Shown in pieces: positions 1-15,938 of a stretch of 64,000 nucleotides of DNA. The notes below the pieces were generated by a model. It ran no database searches. It was not told the origin of the DNA and saw nothing but the letters and a program-made list of their open reading frames with translations. This DNA is from the human T2T-CHM13v2.0 reference genome, Homo sapiens. The stretch lies in NCBI RefSeq assembly GCF_009914755.1, contig NC_060938.1; one strand, given 5' to 3'. A program made the translations under genes and the position numbers. Every line of letters starts with the position of its first letter. Position 1 is the stretch's first letter.

Positions 1-376
1 AGGTTATAACCACACAACAAACCAAAAACATTAATAAGTCTAAAAATTACTCTCCAAAATATAGAAAGGTATCCTAAAATATCAAGAAAATGGAAGCAAG
101 CCAATAAAATGGATTATGTCTATGACTAGGCAATTTATAGAAAAGTACATAAAGATGACTAAGAATGTAAGAAAAACAAAGTAACTTTAGCAGTAGCTTG
201 ACTAATGCAAATAAAAACAAAAAATAATGAAAGTTTCACAACTTGTAGAGTTTGGATAGATCTGCATTCTGACCCTCTGCAGAATTTCCTAAATAATAAT
301 AATAAAAATGTCCATGGTCTCAAAGCCAGCAATTCAACTGAATAGCCACTATAACACATGTATAAAAGACACAGAA

Positions 377-450
377 TATATATGTGTATATTTATGTATA
401 TATATGTGTGTGTGTATATGTGTGTGTGTTTATATTTATATATATATATA
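377..450. repeat. Mixed (TA)n/(TG)n microsatellite
   Basis: Alternating TA and TG dinucleotide runs read directly. Confidence 0.85.
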
Positions 451-685
451 AACCTAAACTGCATCATAGCATTTGACAGTGTAATTTGAAAGAAAAAAAA
501 AAACTCTGTATTTCCGTGATAGTGAAATATCTAAATTAACTATAAGATGGTAATGCTATATGATGTTCCATATGTCAATTATAAATAGACAAATTGGTTT
601 TAGTTATATATTAAGGGAAGTATTTTATGCATATGCTTCAAAACTATTTACATAAAAAGTTACCGAATTGTATTATTTTATAAGG

Positions 686-689
<4 letters not shown>

Positions 690-737
<48 letters not shown>
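690..737. repeat. (TA)n microsatellite, ~24 units
   Basis: Perfect TA run. Confidence 0.97.
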
Positions 738-739
<2 letters not shown>

Positions 740-741
<2 letters not shown>

Positions 742-895
742 ATACATAGAAAAACATCTGAAAAGGATGATACAGCAAACTGTTGACAGGTGTTTCCTGT
801 AGGAGGGGACTGGGACTTGATGGTGGTCAAAGTGAGGTTTAGCCTGTCTACTATGTTGTAATTTTGTATAACAGTTAATCTATTACATGATATTT
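740..895 (+). mobile_element. Ancient L1ME-like 3' end fragment
   Basis: Degenerate match to the L1ME 3' motif (tctggaaggatatacaccaaactgttaacagtggtt...ggggagg); boundaries approximate. Confidence 0.4.
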
Positions 896-1890
896 ATAGT
901 GAGTCAAAGGAGAAAGATTATATTATCATCTTGATAGATTCATTTTATTTCATTTTCTTTATCCTTCTTTGTATTCTGTCATTATAACTTCTACCATATG
1001 TGCATTGCATTTGTAGTCCAACAGATATCCCCATGGAGGAGCAAAAAAATATTTACTTTTCAATGCTTGTTAATGTGAAAATGCAAGAATACACTTCACA
1101 TTTTTCGGAGAAGTGATCATATGGGCAAATTTCATGGCACTTGGCTATAATTGTTTTTGACAATGAGTCAGCTAACAGAGCTAAACATGCTTTTCCTTTA
1201 AAGATGCTTGTAATATACATATATTTAGATATATAAGTACTATTAAGATTATATAATATTGTACATTGTAAATATATGTTTAAAATAAATATATATCACT
1301 TCCAACTACTTAAATTTTGCCTAAAATATTTAAAAACTAAGATTTATTTAGAACTGAAATAAAGAAAGTTTCAACTGGAGTAAAGAAACAACGTTACCCT
1401 TCCTCTATAACTTTGGGCTCTTTCCATCCCCCACACTCCTCACCAGCTCCATCTTGTATCCTAGCAGAGAAAAAGTAGTAATTTCCCAATGTTAACAGTC
1501 AGCTGCAGCAGCAAACATGGAGGAGCATGCACTTCTGCACTTCATGAAAGGGGTGCCACTACTCTTAAATCTATGAAGAAGAAATTAAGAAGTGGCATAT
1601 AAGGGTTGCATGGGCAGAGTTGGTTAATATTTTGCCCCTTAAGTCTTAACTTTGAGTAATGTTTGAGAGGAATCGAATTTGGCAGTTGTTACATTCAAGG
1701 GCTGATCATTCTGGTGTTTAATAGTTTGGAGTTGGTAATAATTATAGGACTTAGAATAGGGTTAAAATATGCCCAAACCCTACCTCTTACAACAGTCAAA
1801 TATGAACGTATTACCACCAAGTATAGAGTTGGTAATTATCCAATGAATTGAACAACTTAACCCTACATTCATTTGAATGACATATTAATG

Positions 1891-2248
1891 TGTATTAATC
1901 TGTTTTCAGGATGCTGATAAAGACATACCCAAGACTGGGAAATTTACAAAAGAAAGAGGTTTAATGAACTCATGGTCCACCTGGCTGGGGAGGCCTCACA
2001 ATCATGGCACAAGGTGAAAGGCACGTCTCATATGGTGGCAGACAAAAGAAGAGAATTTGTGCAGGGAAACTCCCCTTTATGAAGTCATCAGATCTTTTGA
2101 GACTTATTCACTATCATGAGAATAGCATGGGAAAGACCCACCCCCATGATTCAATTATCCCCTACCGGGTCCCTCCCACTACATGTGGGAATTGTGGGAG
2201 CTATGGTTCAAGATGAAATTTGGGTGGGGACACAGCCAAACCATATCA
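1891..2248 (-). mobile_element. Solo THE1 (THE1B/C-type) MaLR LTR
   Basis: Ends ...cacagccaaaccatatca, the reverse complement of the THE1 start TGATATGGTTTGGCTGTG; ~360 bp; 5-bp TSD TAATG at 1886-1890 and 2249-2253. Confidence 0.95.
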
Positions 2249-2329
2249 TAATGTTAACCTCATCTGCGTGTGTGTACAAATAAAAGATATATCCTACCTA
2301 TCTGATAAGCGGCGAGATCAAAGAGATGA

Positions 2330-2490
2330 CTTAGTGAAATATCATGGTTTATGAAACATCTCAAGCACTTGGTTTCTCTGGATAGAAAGCAAAGGTGAGA
2401 AGGGATTGATGAGGGTTCTGAAGCAGTAGGCAGAGCCAAATCAAGACTTCTGAGCCATGTCAAGAATCTTGAGTTTTATACTGAGATCAT
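2330..2490 (-). mobile_element. L2 LINE fragment
   Basis: gtaggcagagccaaatca...agccatgtcaagaatcttgagttttatactgag resembles antisense L2; highly diverged. Confidence 0.45.
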
Positions 2491-2649
2491 CAGTCTTTAG
2501 ACAAGAAGGCCTGTTGGTTCATAAAGGATTTCCAAGGAGATAGTTTTATGAGACTCAATTTCCAGGTCCTTAATTTCCAACTCCTTCATTTCCACACAGT
2601 CTCTTTCCTCAGCTGCGTGAGATTGCTCATGTTCCTATTAGTCTTTCTC

Positions 2650-2654
<5 letters not shown>

Positions 2655-2681
<27 letters not shown>
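2655..2681. repeat. (CA)n microsatellite
   Basis: Perfect AC run. Confidence 0.95.
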
Positions 2682-2685
<4 letters not shown>

Positions 2686-4190
2686 CACTGTCCTTAACTG
2701 CAGAAAAAAATATTAAAGTTTTGCAGTAACTCCTTTAATGATTCATGGATATGTCTTAAACGCATTAGTCTCCTGTTTTCCTTTGCATTTAACATATAAA
2801 TATCTGGAGTGTTAGAATGTTCTGAATTCAAAAGGGCTAATGCATTAGAAGTTACTGAACCTGATACTTTTAAACTTAGCTGACTATTTTCCTAGCATGA
2901 CCGAAGTTCTCATGTTACAGGAAGTGAAACCCAAGCATGAAAAATTTACGTGATTATTTAAGATTGGGTGTGCATTATTCAACAATGTATTTAAAACTCA
3001 TTTTATCAAAGTATAAAATATTTATTTCAATTACAGTAAATCCTCATTTCACCTTACAAAATATGTAATATTCTTATCTCTTATTAACCAAAAATAAACA
3101 TCTAAAATTATGATGAAATGTTTAAAAATGTGGGCAATTTTTTGAGAGTAAATGAAAGCAAAACATGTTGAAGTCTCCTGTTGCAGTCTTCAAGAAGAAC
3201 CATAAGACAAGAGCAAGGTGTGTGTAGGAAGGTAAATTTGCTAATTGCAGTTAACTTTGGGGAGCTATAAGATAGAAAGGAAATGACAGAGGGAGTTTTA
3301 TTCCAATACATCAAGAATTAAAAAAGCACCAGAATATCATAAGAGCAGAGCAGATGGCTGCCTCTCTGCCTCCTCCATGTGCACACCCATCAGTTAGTTG
3401 ATGAAGAAGGGTATTTTTTGAGCCTCTGGTGTGATGGTGGCCAATCAGTGTCTTTTCCTAGAAGAAGGTAATGTAAATCAAAGTCTAGTGTCCTTAATTA
3501 TTCTCCTTAACTTGAAGTATACCAACTTTGGAAGGTCTGTGGGAAAGTTGAATTTTTATCCAAAGTTTTTATAGGAAAGAATATTCATCTTCTGGCAAAG
3601 TGAGCCCATTATTTCAGAGACAAAAAAAAAATGTTCCTGATGAAAAATAGGTCAAGCACCCCTGCCAGAGGATCTTAATTGCTTCATGAAGAAAATCAAC
3701 CTTCCTATCACCTCTTGGCCTAATCTCCTTGTTTTTCTTCCTGTCCTCATCTTTCCTTTTCTCCTCCTCCTCCACCACCTCCTCCTCCTTCTCTTGTTCT
3801 TTCCCACTCCCCTTCCCTGCCCTTCCCACCACAGTTGTAGCTGGAAACAGTGTGTGAATCATGTAACAGGTGATGTTGATTAGCTCCCTGCAATTTCACA
3901 TTCTGAGAATATCGCCCTCCGTTATTCCTCCTCAGAGCATTCTCTAGACAACTTCTCCCACTATATACCTGGAATATACATGGGGTATGTCTAGTCATGT
4001 AATGTTTGCCTTGTGATATTGCTGCAAAGTCAGATCTCTAGTAGAAAGTGTTGAATTATACAAACTGAGAGGGCACTGCACTCCTCCAGTAGACTAAGGA
4101 AGCTACTGGACTTCATCCTACATCTTGCAATGCACATCTTTAAGAACGTTCAAAACACAAAATACCCATAAGGTTTCAAATTTTTAAAAA

Positions 4191-4767
4191 CAGTGTGGCA
4201 ATTCCTCAGTGATCTAGAACTAGAAATACCATTTGACCCAGCCATCCCATTACTGGGTATATACCCAAAGGATTATAAATCATGCTATAAAGACACGTGC
4301 ACACGTATGTTTATTGCGGCACTATTCACAATAGCAAAGACTTGGAACCAACCCAAATGTCCAACAATGATAGACTGGATTAAGAAAATGTGGCACATAT
4401 ACACCATGGAATACTATGCAGCCATAAAAAATGATGAGTTCATGTCCTTTGTAGGGACATGGATGAAATTGGAAACCATCATTCTCATCAAACTATTGCA
4501 AGGACAAAAAACCAAACACCGCATGTTCTCACTCATAGGTGGGAATTGCACAATGAGAACACATGGACACAGAAAGGGGAACATCACACACTGGGGCCTG
4601 TTCTGGGGTGGGGGAAGGGGGAGGGATAGCATTAGGAGATATACCAAATGTTAAATGACAAGTTAATGGGTGCAGCACACCAACATGGCACATGTATATG
4701 TATGTAACAAACCTGCATGTTTTGCACATGTACCCTCAAACTTAAAGTATAGTAAAAATAAAAAAAA
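4191..4767 (+). mobile_element. 5'-truncated young L1PA (L1PA3-5-like): ORF2 C-terminus, 3'UTR and A-tail
   Basis: Translates to the L1 ORF2p C-terminus (LELEIPFDPAIPLLGIYPKDYK...WIKKMWHIYTMEYYAAIK); canonical 3'UTR ending cttaaagtata followed by an A-rich tail. Confidence 0.96.
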
Positions 4768-7700
4768 TGACATTTTTGAACCACAGCTGTCTGAACAAAT
4801 AATAAAGAAGGCTTGTTTCAAAACAAATTGGGAAAAACTTCTCTAACTAATATTCTGTAACAGATAAATGGAATGGACTTTTGTTTTAACTGGAACAACA
4901 CATGTGAAATAGTCTGCGGACGATTGAAAGAAAAGTAGAATATTAGGCACCTCTTGTTTAGAAGAAGTAAACCTGGGCATGATGAGGACATGACTGCTTT
5001 AGGAAACCAAAGATGAATAAGAAAATTTAGTTTATATGTTTTTTGTTTTGTTTTGTTTTTCTGTTGTGGGTGTTTCTACTTTCTCAAACAATTTTTATAG
5101 TTCATAAGAGGTCTTTCATTTCTTTGGAAATGTGTAATTAAATAAAATACAGTTGTATATACTCTGCTACTACTTTCTATAAGTGTATATTTCTGTTAAA
5201 AATACATATTTTGCTGAATCATAAAGTCACCTTAAGTAGCCCGGTAAAGGAGATCAAAATGGATATTTTTGCATCAAGAAAACCGTTATCCTAAATCAAG
5301 TCAAAAATGATGCCCTGGAGTTGCTGACTGACTTACCTGCCTTTTCTCTTGATATCATGTTTTGTAAGTAAAATAAGACTTTCTAATCATATAGCATATT
5401 TAAAATGCAATTTCACAGTCACTATGTGAACCAAAAGCAAATTTCTGATTCCAAACAAGAATCAGAAAAACTTACTTAGATCTTAGACAAATCTACAAAA
5501 GAGCTTTCCTGGTATGATTATATATTTTACTAATAAATATGTCCATGTTGCACTTTGGGTGTCAAAGAGAGAAAGAATCTTTATAGCAGTACTTACTCAA
5601 CAAATGCAGGCCCTTATAAAATCATGCATTTGGGTATTTAGTGAAAGGTCCTAAGATACAATAAATGTCATGGTGAGCAAATTATTACTTCTGTAATAAT
5701 TTGCAGTAATAATACCGCAAGAGAAAAAAAAATAAGCCACTAAAATACTATCTTATTCTGTGGCTGCTGTATTATGAAGTAGTTAACTGCAATGTTAATG
5801 CAAAATATCAGTGTAAATTGTCAAGATTTTAAGGTAGTATATTAATATGACACATAAAAGGCTTGTATTATGTAGTATACAATACTGCACTGTCAATTTA
5901 AAGACTTATTTTAAAAGAAGATAATTCTGAATTATATTTTTGTCTCTATGCTGTGACAGCCTAAACTGAGTATGTTCTTTGCTTTTCATTCTAAAAATTA
6001 GACCTATGCCAGTTCATCCAAGGAGAGAAGAATGGGAATGGGAACTATCACAGGGAGTTTAGGACTATATTATAGTCTAAATTAAATACCCAATTTACCT
6101 GTAACGTGAGCCATGGTTTTCTAGCTGCACAGATATATAATTCAGCTAAAGCAGAAGCTAATTGCCCTGCTCTGTTCCTGGAATGCTAAAGGAAGAACAT
6201 TCAGCGCTACATCAGGCAATACTCCCATAAAGCTAATAGATTTAGCAGAATTGAAAGGTAACATGACCCCTGGAATTGAAAGACTTGCTGGCAAGGTAGA
6301 AATACCGTAACCCTGGGATTTCTCAGTCTTGGTTTCATAGCCAGCTCATAGGAGTTTGGAGCTGCAGTGGACCACCTGGTCAGACACAGCTTTTCCAGAG
6401 TACGAATCCAGGACTCATAAGCTTTATCATTCAGTCAGGCTCACGGAGTAGTCTGTGGGACTACAGATAACTGAGTAAAAGGAGGATAGCTAAGAGTGGT
6501 GACCACTGAAAATTCCAGGGTAAATGGGAAAAAAAATGCTGCAGCTGGTAATTTTCTCATTTGTTTATAGAATTTCTCCCTTTTTCTCTCTTCTTGTTTT
6601 TCCAAGGAAATGCATAATTAAATAGAATACTACTGTGTATCATCTGCTGCTACTTTGTGTATTCATAACTACATTTCAGCTTAATATTCAAATTTTTGTC
6701 AGATTATAAAATTATGCTGAATAACCCAATACAATAGATGAAAATTGACATTTTTGCTTTAAGAAAATAATCATCTGAAATCAATCAAACAGACTGTTTT
6801 GTCTGTTTGTCTGTTTTGTCACTGGTGGTGTCACAGGGGAAGATGAAATAGAGCTATTCAACTTTACCAGTCTTGATATAGGTGCAAACCAGGTCACTGC
6901 AGTTAATAACCAGACATAATTAAGAACCATTATAAAAATATGCTGTACTTCTAATAATACAATTTAGAAAATAAATTTAATAAACCCTACATAGTTTCTT
7001 AGGCATTAATGTGTACATCCATATATTACTGTTACTATAATATTTGTTTGACCATAAAGACCAAAGAGACACTATTTTTTTAAGAGACTCTGTCTTAATG
7101 TCTGCATATGTAGAGAGAAATAGGAGGATATTGAAAACTGTAGTCAAATAGTTGGTAAATCCATTAGATATAGAGATTAAAATATAGCAAACCAAAACAC
7201 AATCTAAGTCAACATTTTAGCAAACAAACTTTGACAGCCTCAACAAAAGTCTTCCCTTAGGCCTTCCCTTCTTAATGTAAGACGGGGAGATGTTATTTTT
7301 GCCAAAAGTTTAGGTAGTGCAACCTCCAGTTCTGACTAAATGTTTCTCTTTATTTGTCTCAATAGTTTAGTTAGCTCCAATTTGGTCCATTTTTAGTCAT
7401 GTGGGTTTAGGTTATTTGGCAACTGAGAACATAACTAATAATTTCAATTATTTAAAAAAATGGAACTATATTTTATGACCAAACATCTGAGACTTTGCTG
7501 GTAAATATTGGAGTGCCTGATTTAACAAGGTGGATTATTTGAATCTGCTTCTCTAATGACAACTTCTAGATGACAATTTGTTTTTCTTAAAAAGCCTTTG
7601 TGTTATTCATACAGATATATAAAATTTTTGGCTATGCTTATGATATTTCTTGTGATAAATATTTGACATTAGAGCAGCTAATTATTATGATATGCCTATA

Positions 7701-10700
7701 AGTAAATATATACATATACACATATATTTTGTCATCATGTGTAAAGGAAGAGGATATTAGTAATAAAATAAGTGTGCTATAATAAAATATTAGCATAATA
7801 ATAGAATACAGACATTAGATATGGTTAAAATTACTAACGATCATTCTCTAATTTTTTAAAGTTTTAAATGTATTACTAACTGTGCCTTAATTAGGATACA
7901 TAAACTGCAGGTAGCTTAATATTGAAATGCAGAAATAAATGCACGTACATATACACACATACACATGAAATACAGCTTTTAAAATCTAAATGTATTTTAT
8001 CTAAAAATAGTAACAAGACAAAATATTAAATAAGCTCTATCATTATTCATACTTCACTTGTATGCTCTTATAAGATTTTACTTTAATGAACTTAGTATCA
8101 GGAGCTTTTGCCTTAAAATTAGTAAGATTAAAGCAGAAAGTGTTGTTGGTTATGGTTTATATCATAAAGGTCAGGAGGGACGGAGACTTTACTATTCTCC
8201 ATTGTGCAAAGCTGGTAAGATTATTAAATGAAAAATTAAAACATTTTTCAAAAACTGCATTTACATGTTGAAGCCATCCAAAGACTGTATTTAATTTATG
8301 CTCCATTAAGGTATGTGGTTTTATTTGGTGATCTATTACATTATTGAGACCAATTCTAACAGCAGCTGCCATTTATAATACCTGGGAGATACCAAGCAGT
8401 TTATTAAAGTGCTTATTTTCACTAATAGGAAATCTGATCACTAGCTCCTTTTCTAGTGTTATTATGAGGGTGAAAATGCATTTTCTCTAGATTAGATCTG
8501 GGGGTAATTTATCTCAGTAGTAGATGTAGATTTACCCTTATTGTTTTAATATATCAAAAGCATAGGCTTTTAAAAAGTTGTTTAATAAAAGCAATCTGCA
8601 GAAAGTGCAAAAAATGAACATGCATCCTGCCAGGGATATTTCCCCAGGAGAATTAAGTGAAATAATGGATCCATTCCCATCCCTACTCCCCAATCTCTTA
8701 TTTACTTGTCTTTTTTATTTCTCATAAGCACAAACATTGAAATTGAAAAATATAGGTGTCTTCAGAAATCTAGGTTTCTATACCATGTTTCTTCTGCATG
8801 GCTTATTTTGTTATTATTGAGCATAACACCAAGCTCAAGGGAAATTTGACTTTGGTTTTCTTTGCTAATGGGTGTAAGTAGAAGCTTGAACAAAACAGAT
8901 CAGTAGGATCTTCCTTTTTAATACTATTGGAATCAAACGTTCTTAGATACTAAATATACTTCTAATTAAGCCAGTGTATTCCAGAATATTAAACCACACC
9001 ATAACTTACTCTTATCTAAATTTAGATATCATATCCCTTCAAATGAATCTTCATACTGTATGAGATTACTTAAAACTATTATCTATTGTCACTAATAATA
9101 ACAAATTAATAGTGATAATATTTTCATTTATGGCATGTTTTCTATATGCGAAGTGCTATGTCAAGTACTTTACCTGCAGTCTATTATCTCACACAGACAA
9201 GAGCTCCGTGCGGTTCATTGTAGTCATTGCCAACTGTGATTTCATACTTTTGCTGATTTCTCAATCTCTTTTACCTCAGCTTTTTGTGGCTATTTAATTT
9301 CTCCATCCTGCAAGGGCTCAAGAATAAAATCTTTGTTCTTTGATTTCCTCAAAATATAATTTACCCAGATCACTATTTGCAATCCACTTTTAATCCTATT
9401 TTGGAGATAATAGAGGTTGTATCGCTATACATTACAACTAAATATGTGCATGTAATTTAAAATATCCTGGCTTTTTCAGTCCTCATCCTTTCCTGCTCAA
9501 GCATGTTTTACTACTTCTCCCTTCCTGTTTGCTCTTCTTTTGGATTTTTTTGCCTCTTGCATTTTTTTGTCCCCTGGTCTTCTCATTCCTTGTTCAGCTG
9601 ACATCTTTGGGCTTGATGTGTGTCCGGCAATTCAATAGTCCTTATAAATTAGTGTACAAAATTTCTGCTTCATCTATAACAATTTATATAAATATACATA
9701 CACACACATTCTGATGAACTGCTGTATTTTAAATTATTAAACACACACACAAATGCACACACACAGCTTCACTGCTATACTCAGAAAAATAAATGTATCT
9801 AATTGCAATTCTAGTGCCTAGTCATAAGACAAGCTTGATCCATATCCATTGCAAAATAAATCCATTTCCACATAAGTAGCCTAATTAAGTTGGTCCCTGT
9901 TCATTATAGCTCAAACTATCAGGAGAAAATATGGTCCAGAGGAAGAGTGGTCAGGTTCGCTATTTGAACACAGCATTCTTTCTGAATAGTGTGTTGTCTG
10001 CATGTCCTCATCCTGCCTGGATCTCCTATAGTGGTATAGACTTGGGCAGAGTTCCTAAAGGTTGGGGAAGAATTTCCCCCTACTAGGAGTTCTGCAATGA
10101 CTTAACTGCTTTTATTCCCATAGTTTGCAGCTCTGTACCTAGAAATTGAGATGTTGTGAACTGCATCAAATCATCAAGCCTGGGGGTGACTTGGGCTGAA
10201 GTACGGCTCTCACTCTTTAAACCATGGGTCCTGTGTCTGTGAACCTGAAGCCACCCGGAGGAGGTTCCAGTTCTAATTCCCACAGAGGCTCTCTGGAGTT
10301 AATCTACGGCCCAGAATGTTTTCCTAATCATATACCTGTATGTATTTACTGCTGGAGTATATAATTCTAGTTTCCTCTCTTAGCTTTTAATTGAGGGATG
10401 GCAAGGGAAATATTTCTCATGCTCCTTTGAGTTTCCCATATTTTCAAATACCTTTTATGTGGTACACACTAAAGTTGATTAACCATAACAACTACAAAGG
10501 GAAACCTAGCTCTCATCCCGGTCTCTCCCTCTCAAATCTTCTGTATCCCATATATTTTAGGAAGCCACTGGAAAGTGTCCCACAAATGTTCATGATCAAG
10601 CTCACCAGGTGCTGCAGTTGTGGAACTGAAAGCCACTCATTGGAGAAGGTTTTCTTCTGCAGGAATATCGCAGCATGTTATGCTTTGCTGCTCTGCAAAT

Positions 10701-10946
10701 TTCCGGGTAATTAACGAGCATTTCAGGGCCCAAGATCACACATCAGCTTCTTCTCACACGAAATAGTCCATAAGATGGTGAACTTTTTAAAAATTAAATT
10801 CTGAGATATATTCTGGAATTATGCTGAGATGGTAAAACAATGCTCAGAAAATATGGTTCTCTCTAAAATTCTATCTGAAGAGTCCATAAGAAATAAAATA
10901 AATGTTTCCCCTGATGGCAGGCTACTGTGAGCAAAATGATACAGAC

Positions 10947-11146
10947 CAATGGTTCTCAACTTTGGTTGCACATCAGAATCACCTGAGAGCTTTTTAAAAT
11001 TTCTAATACTCAGATCTTATCCCAGGAAAATTAAATCAGAGGCTCTGGGGGTGGAGCCAGGGCGTCGATACTTTTTCCCAAATGATTGTAATGTGAGTGT
11101 TTCAAAATCTTAGCTTCCCAAGTGAAGCTAAGGTTTAGAGCCTCTG
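10947..11146. mobile_element. MER5A/B-like hAT-Charlie MITE
   Basis: caatggttctcaac...ttgcacatcagaatcacctg...aaatcagaggctctggggg matches MER5 motifs. Confidence 0.75.
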
Positions 11147-11225
11147 ATGGATGCACCATTTTATTTGCAATACAACCAAAGAAATTTTGATAAACACAAT
11201 TTAATATCAGAATAGAAAAGACATG

Positions 11226-12768
<1,543 letters not shown>

Positions 12769-13199
12769 TATGTTACCCTTCTGATACATAACTGTAAATT
12801 ACCCTTCTGATACAATTGATGAAAAAATAATAAATGTTAATGAAGCACTAAAGCTTAACCCTTAAATTTCTATAAAAATACACTGTAAAAAAACCTAACA
12901 GTCTTAAGTATTTAGTTACTCTTATTTAACTTGATGCCATTCTTAAAGAGAGGCGTGAAATATGTACAACATATATTTTCATAAGACAGATCTTTACTGT
13001 TCATAATGCTCAGTTTCCTGCTGCCTCTTTCCCGCTTAATGTCATAATCTTCTGTGACATCACAATTAATTCCTGCAGAGATGATTATAGTTACACTGAG
13101 AGGATTAAGATTTCAGGAAAGTGATAAACAGCAGGGACAGAATAAGGTCCTTTTTTTGTTGTTGTTTCCCAAGGATTATTAGCTTGGTAAGAGGGAAAG

Positions 13200-13255
13200 C
13201 AAACAAAACAAAACAAAACAAAACAAAACAAAACAAAACAAACAAACAAAAAACA
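13200..13255. repeat. (CAAAA)n pentanucleotide repeat
   Basis: Read directly. Confidence 0.95.
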
Positions 13256-15938
13256 GGCGGGGGGGGAGGTGTGGGTGGAAGAAAAACATGCCTGCAGATA
13301 TTATAAAACAAGATAAAACTGTAGATTTGTTTCTTTCGTGAAAGGCCATTGACTCTTTAAATAGTTTTCTGTTGATTGCACTAGCTTAATTACTTACTTA
13401 AACAGTGAATGTTTTGTCAGCTCAATCAAATATTTTATTAGTATTGCTTAGTATTAAGATTCCAAATGTACATTGTGATTTAGATTCACCAGCATCATTA
13501 TTGTAGTTATTGACTACCTGTGAATTTTTAGCACTACAAATACCTTCAACTTTAAAACAGAGATAAACTATATTTGGCCATCATGAAATGCATTAATTTT
13601 CATTAGGTTTATCAAGAATTGGGTTCTAAAGCAAGTAATTTTTTGTTTGTATAAACCATATTCTTTTGAATAGGGTTTTGCTTTTGAATGAAACATCAGT
13701 GTTCTTAATTCCATAGAAAGATATTCAAGGGTTATGTATTAAAGATATGTATCTATACTTTCTTGTAAACATTCATTGTATTACTTGACTCACAAATCTA
13801 TCTTGGTATTATCTATTTACATATACAGAAAGTTAATATCATATATGGGCTGTGGCTTATTGTCCTATGAGAAATAGAAGAACCAGCAATAGAAGAGACC
13901 CAGATCAAGTTTGACTGAAAGGCAAACACCATTCCCAACTGGCTTTACCATCTGGTAAGGGTTTGTCAATAAAAATATTTGGGTAGCAGCAATTTTTCCA
14001 AATTCTTATTTATCTAGACTTCCAGAAAAAGCCATACAAAATACATAAGGGGGCATTTACCCCCTCCCTCAACTAATAATTTAAAATCAAAATCACATTT
14101 AAGGCTCAATGGAGTTGTTTTTTATGTGTTCATTTTGTTTTGTTTTATTTTTTGAATTTCTCCCAGAAAGCATCGTGTTATTTAATAGTTATACAAATCA
14201 TGCCCAGGCCTGAAAGATTCAAAATACTACAAAGTTTATCTGCTTGTTTCTGAGTGAGTCTGAGGTATCTTTCTTAGCAAACTAGCATGCCATCACTAAT
14301 AAATGCTTAGTTTTCACAGCTGACATTGCTCATGAGATGGAAAATAAAAACATAATGAAAATGTTTATAAGCAACTTAAGGAACCTGCGACATGGCATTT
14401 TGCGAAGCCATCTTTTAGAAGTAAAAAGAACTTTCTTCATAATTACACAAATACAATTTTCATTCTGAAAGCTTTCTTGCTTTAACATTTTTCTAAATTA
14501 TAATTAATTGATTTAAATCTTGCCTTAATGAAAGAATCCAAGCAGATAAGATTAATTTCTTAGTCTCTAACTACATAATATACCCAAGAGGCTATTCTAA
14601 AATGCTCAGCAATGCAGACTCCTATCGATTATAATTTATATAAATTATCTGTTTCTCTCCAAAACTGCTGAGGAAGTACACTGATACACAAATCAGTGGG
14701 CTGTTGGAAACATACAGAACATACTTTCTCCAAGTGGGTTATTATGAAAGTTGATTTAATTATTTCTTTTAGAAGTTTAATATGCAAAAAGCTAACTTAT
14801 AGAAATATTCAGACCATTGCCAGATGCCTATGAAAATTGTTTTTCATTAAATTGGACTGTTTAAATTTTCCAGGTCCATGAATCCATACACAGTTTAATC
14901 ATAGTCAAGAGGGAATTGTAACTCTGGAAAACTAAGCAGAACCCTGTAGCCAGAACTATAATGATAATTATAATGAAATAAGACCACACGATCAGGAGTT
15001 AGCCTACAGGAAGGTAATTCTAGACATTCAGAGTCTGACATAAAAGCTGCATCAAAGGCGGGCCTTGCAGAAAATTCCTGAATAATTTTTTGAAAAAAAC
15101 AGGAAGAAGAATCTACTGTCTTTAGCAGAGAAAGAGGTACATGCTGTCATCTTTGGTCTAGTCATGCCATTGAGTTAGAATTATGGTTTCAAATTTTATT
15201 TTCAGTTACCCAATCAAAGGAACTATTATCAAATACTTCTCATTGTGCAATGTTTGGATGTAAAGTCATGCAACTGATTTTGAAAACAATCTGCCAGATG
15301 AGTGACTTTTTCATCTGCATCTTCACAGAAGGCTTCAGGGAATGCCCTTTAATTCTCAAAATTCTCAAGCTCTTTAGGAAGCCTTGTTTTTTGTTTTTTG
15401 GGGTTTTTTTTTTCCAAAATATCTTCAGAATCAGTTCCTAAATAATGTAAAAATATTTTATTACTTCAGACATACACATCTTAAAAGCATTATGACTGAA
15501 TTTTGTGGGTAGATGACCTAGTTGAGGATTTATGATTAACATGAAATAGAGAAACGTTATAGCTTAGCAACAATTGCCAATTAGTGTGTAATAAATGTAA
15601 CCCCCCCAAAATATGATTAAATTGTGAAGTGCTCTAGTGTCCCATGTAGAGAATATGTGTGATGATGCTGCTTAGAAACTATCATGATACTCATGTTTGT
15701 GCAAAAATTAAGAATCCATTTTCACAACACCCTCTAAGCACAGAATGAATCTTCTCAACAAGAAAATATTTAAGAGATCTGACACTTTCCCTACATCTCC
15801 AAATACTAATCCTACAGATAGATTAGAGTTGCTAAAGCATTTTAGTTGCAAATGAAGATGAAGTCAAGTTAGAGTCAGTTTAATAATCATCTAAATAATG
15901 ACAGAATTTTGCAGACATTGGAGGGAAACAAAGCTTTC

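Noticed and set aside
1163-1172. AP-1/MARE-like motif ATGAGTCAGC
   Set aside because: A single short motif is expected by chance in 64 kb
4193-4654. 153-aa ORF
   Set aside because: It is the L1 ORF2p C-terminus of a 5'-truncated L1PA, read through a mutated stop codon; it has no ATG start or promoter and is not a gene
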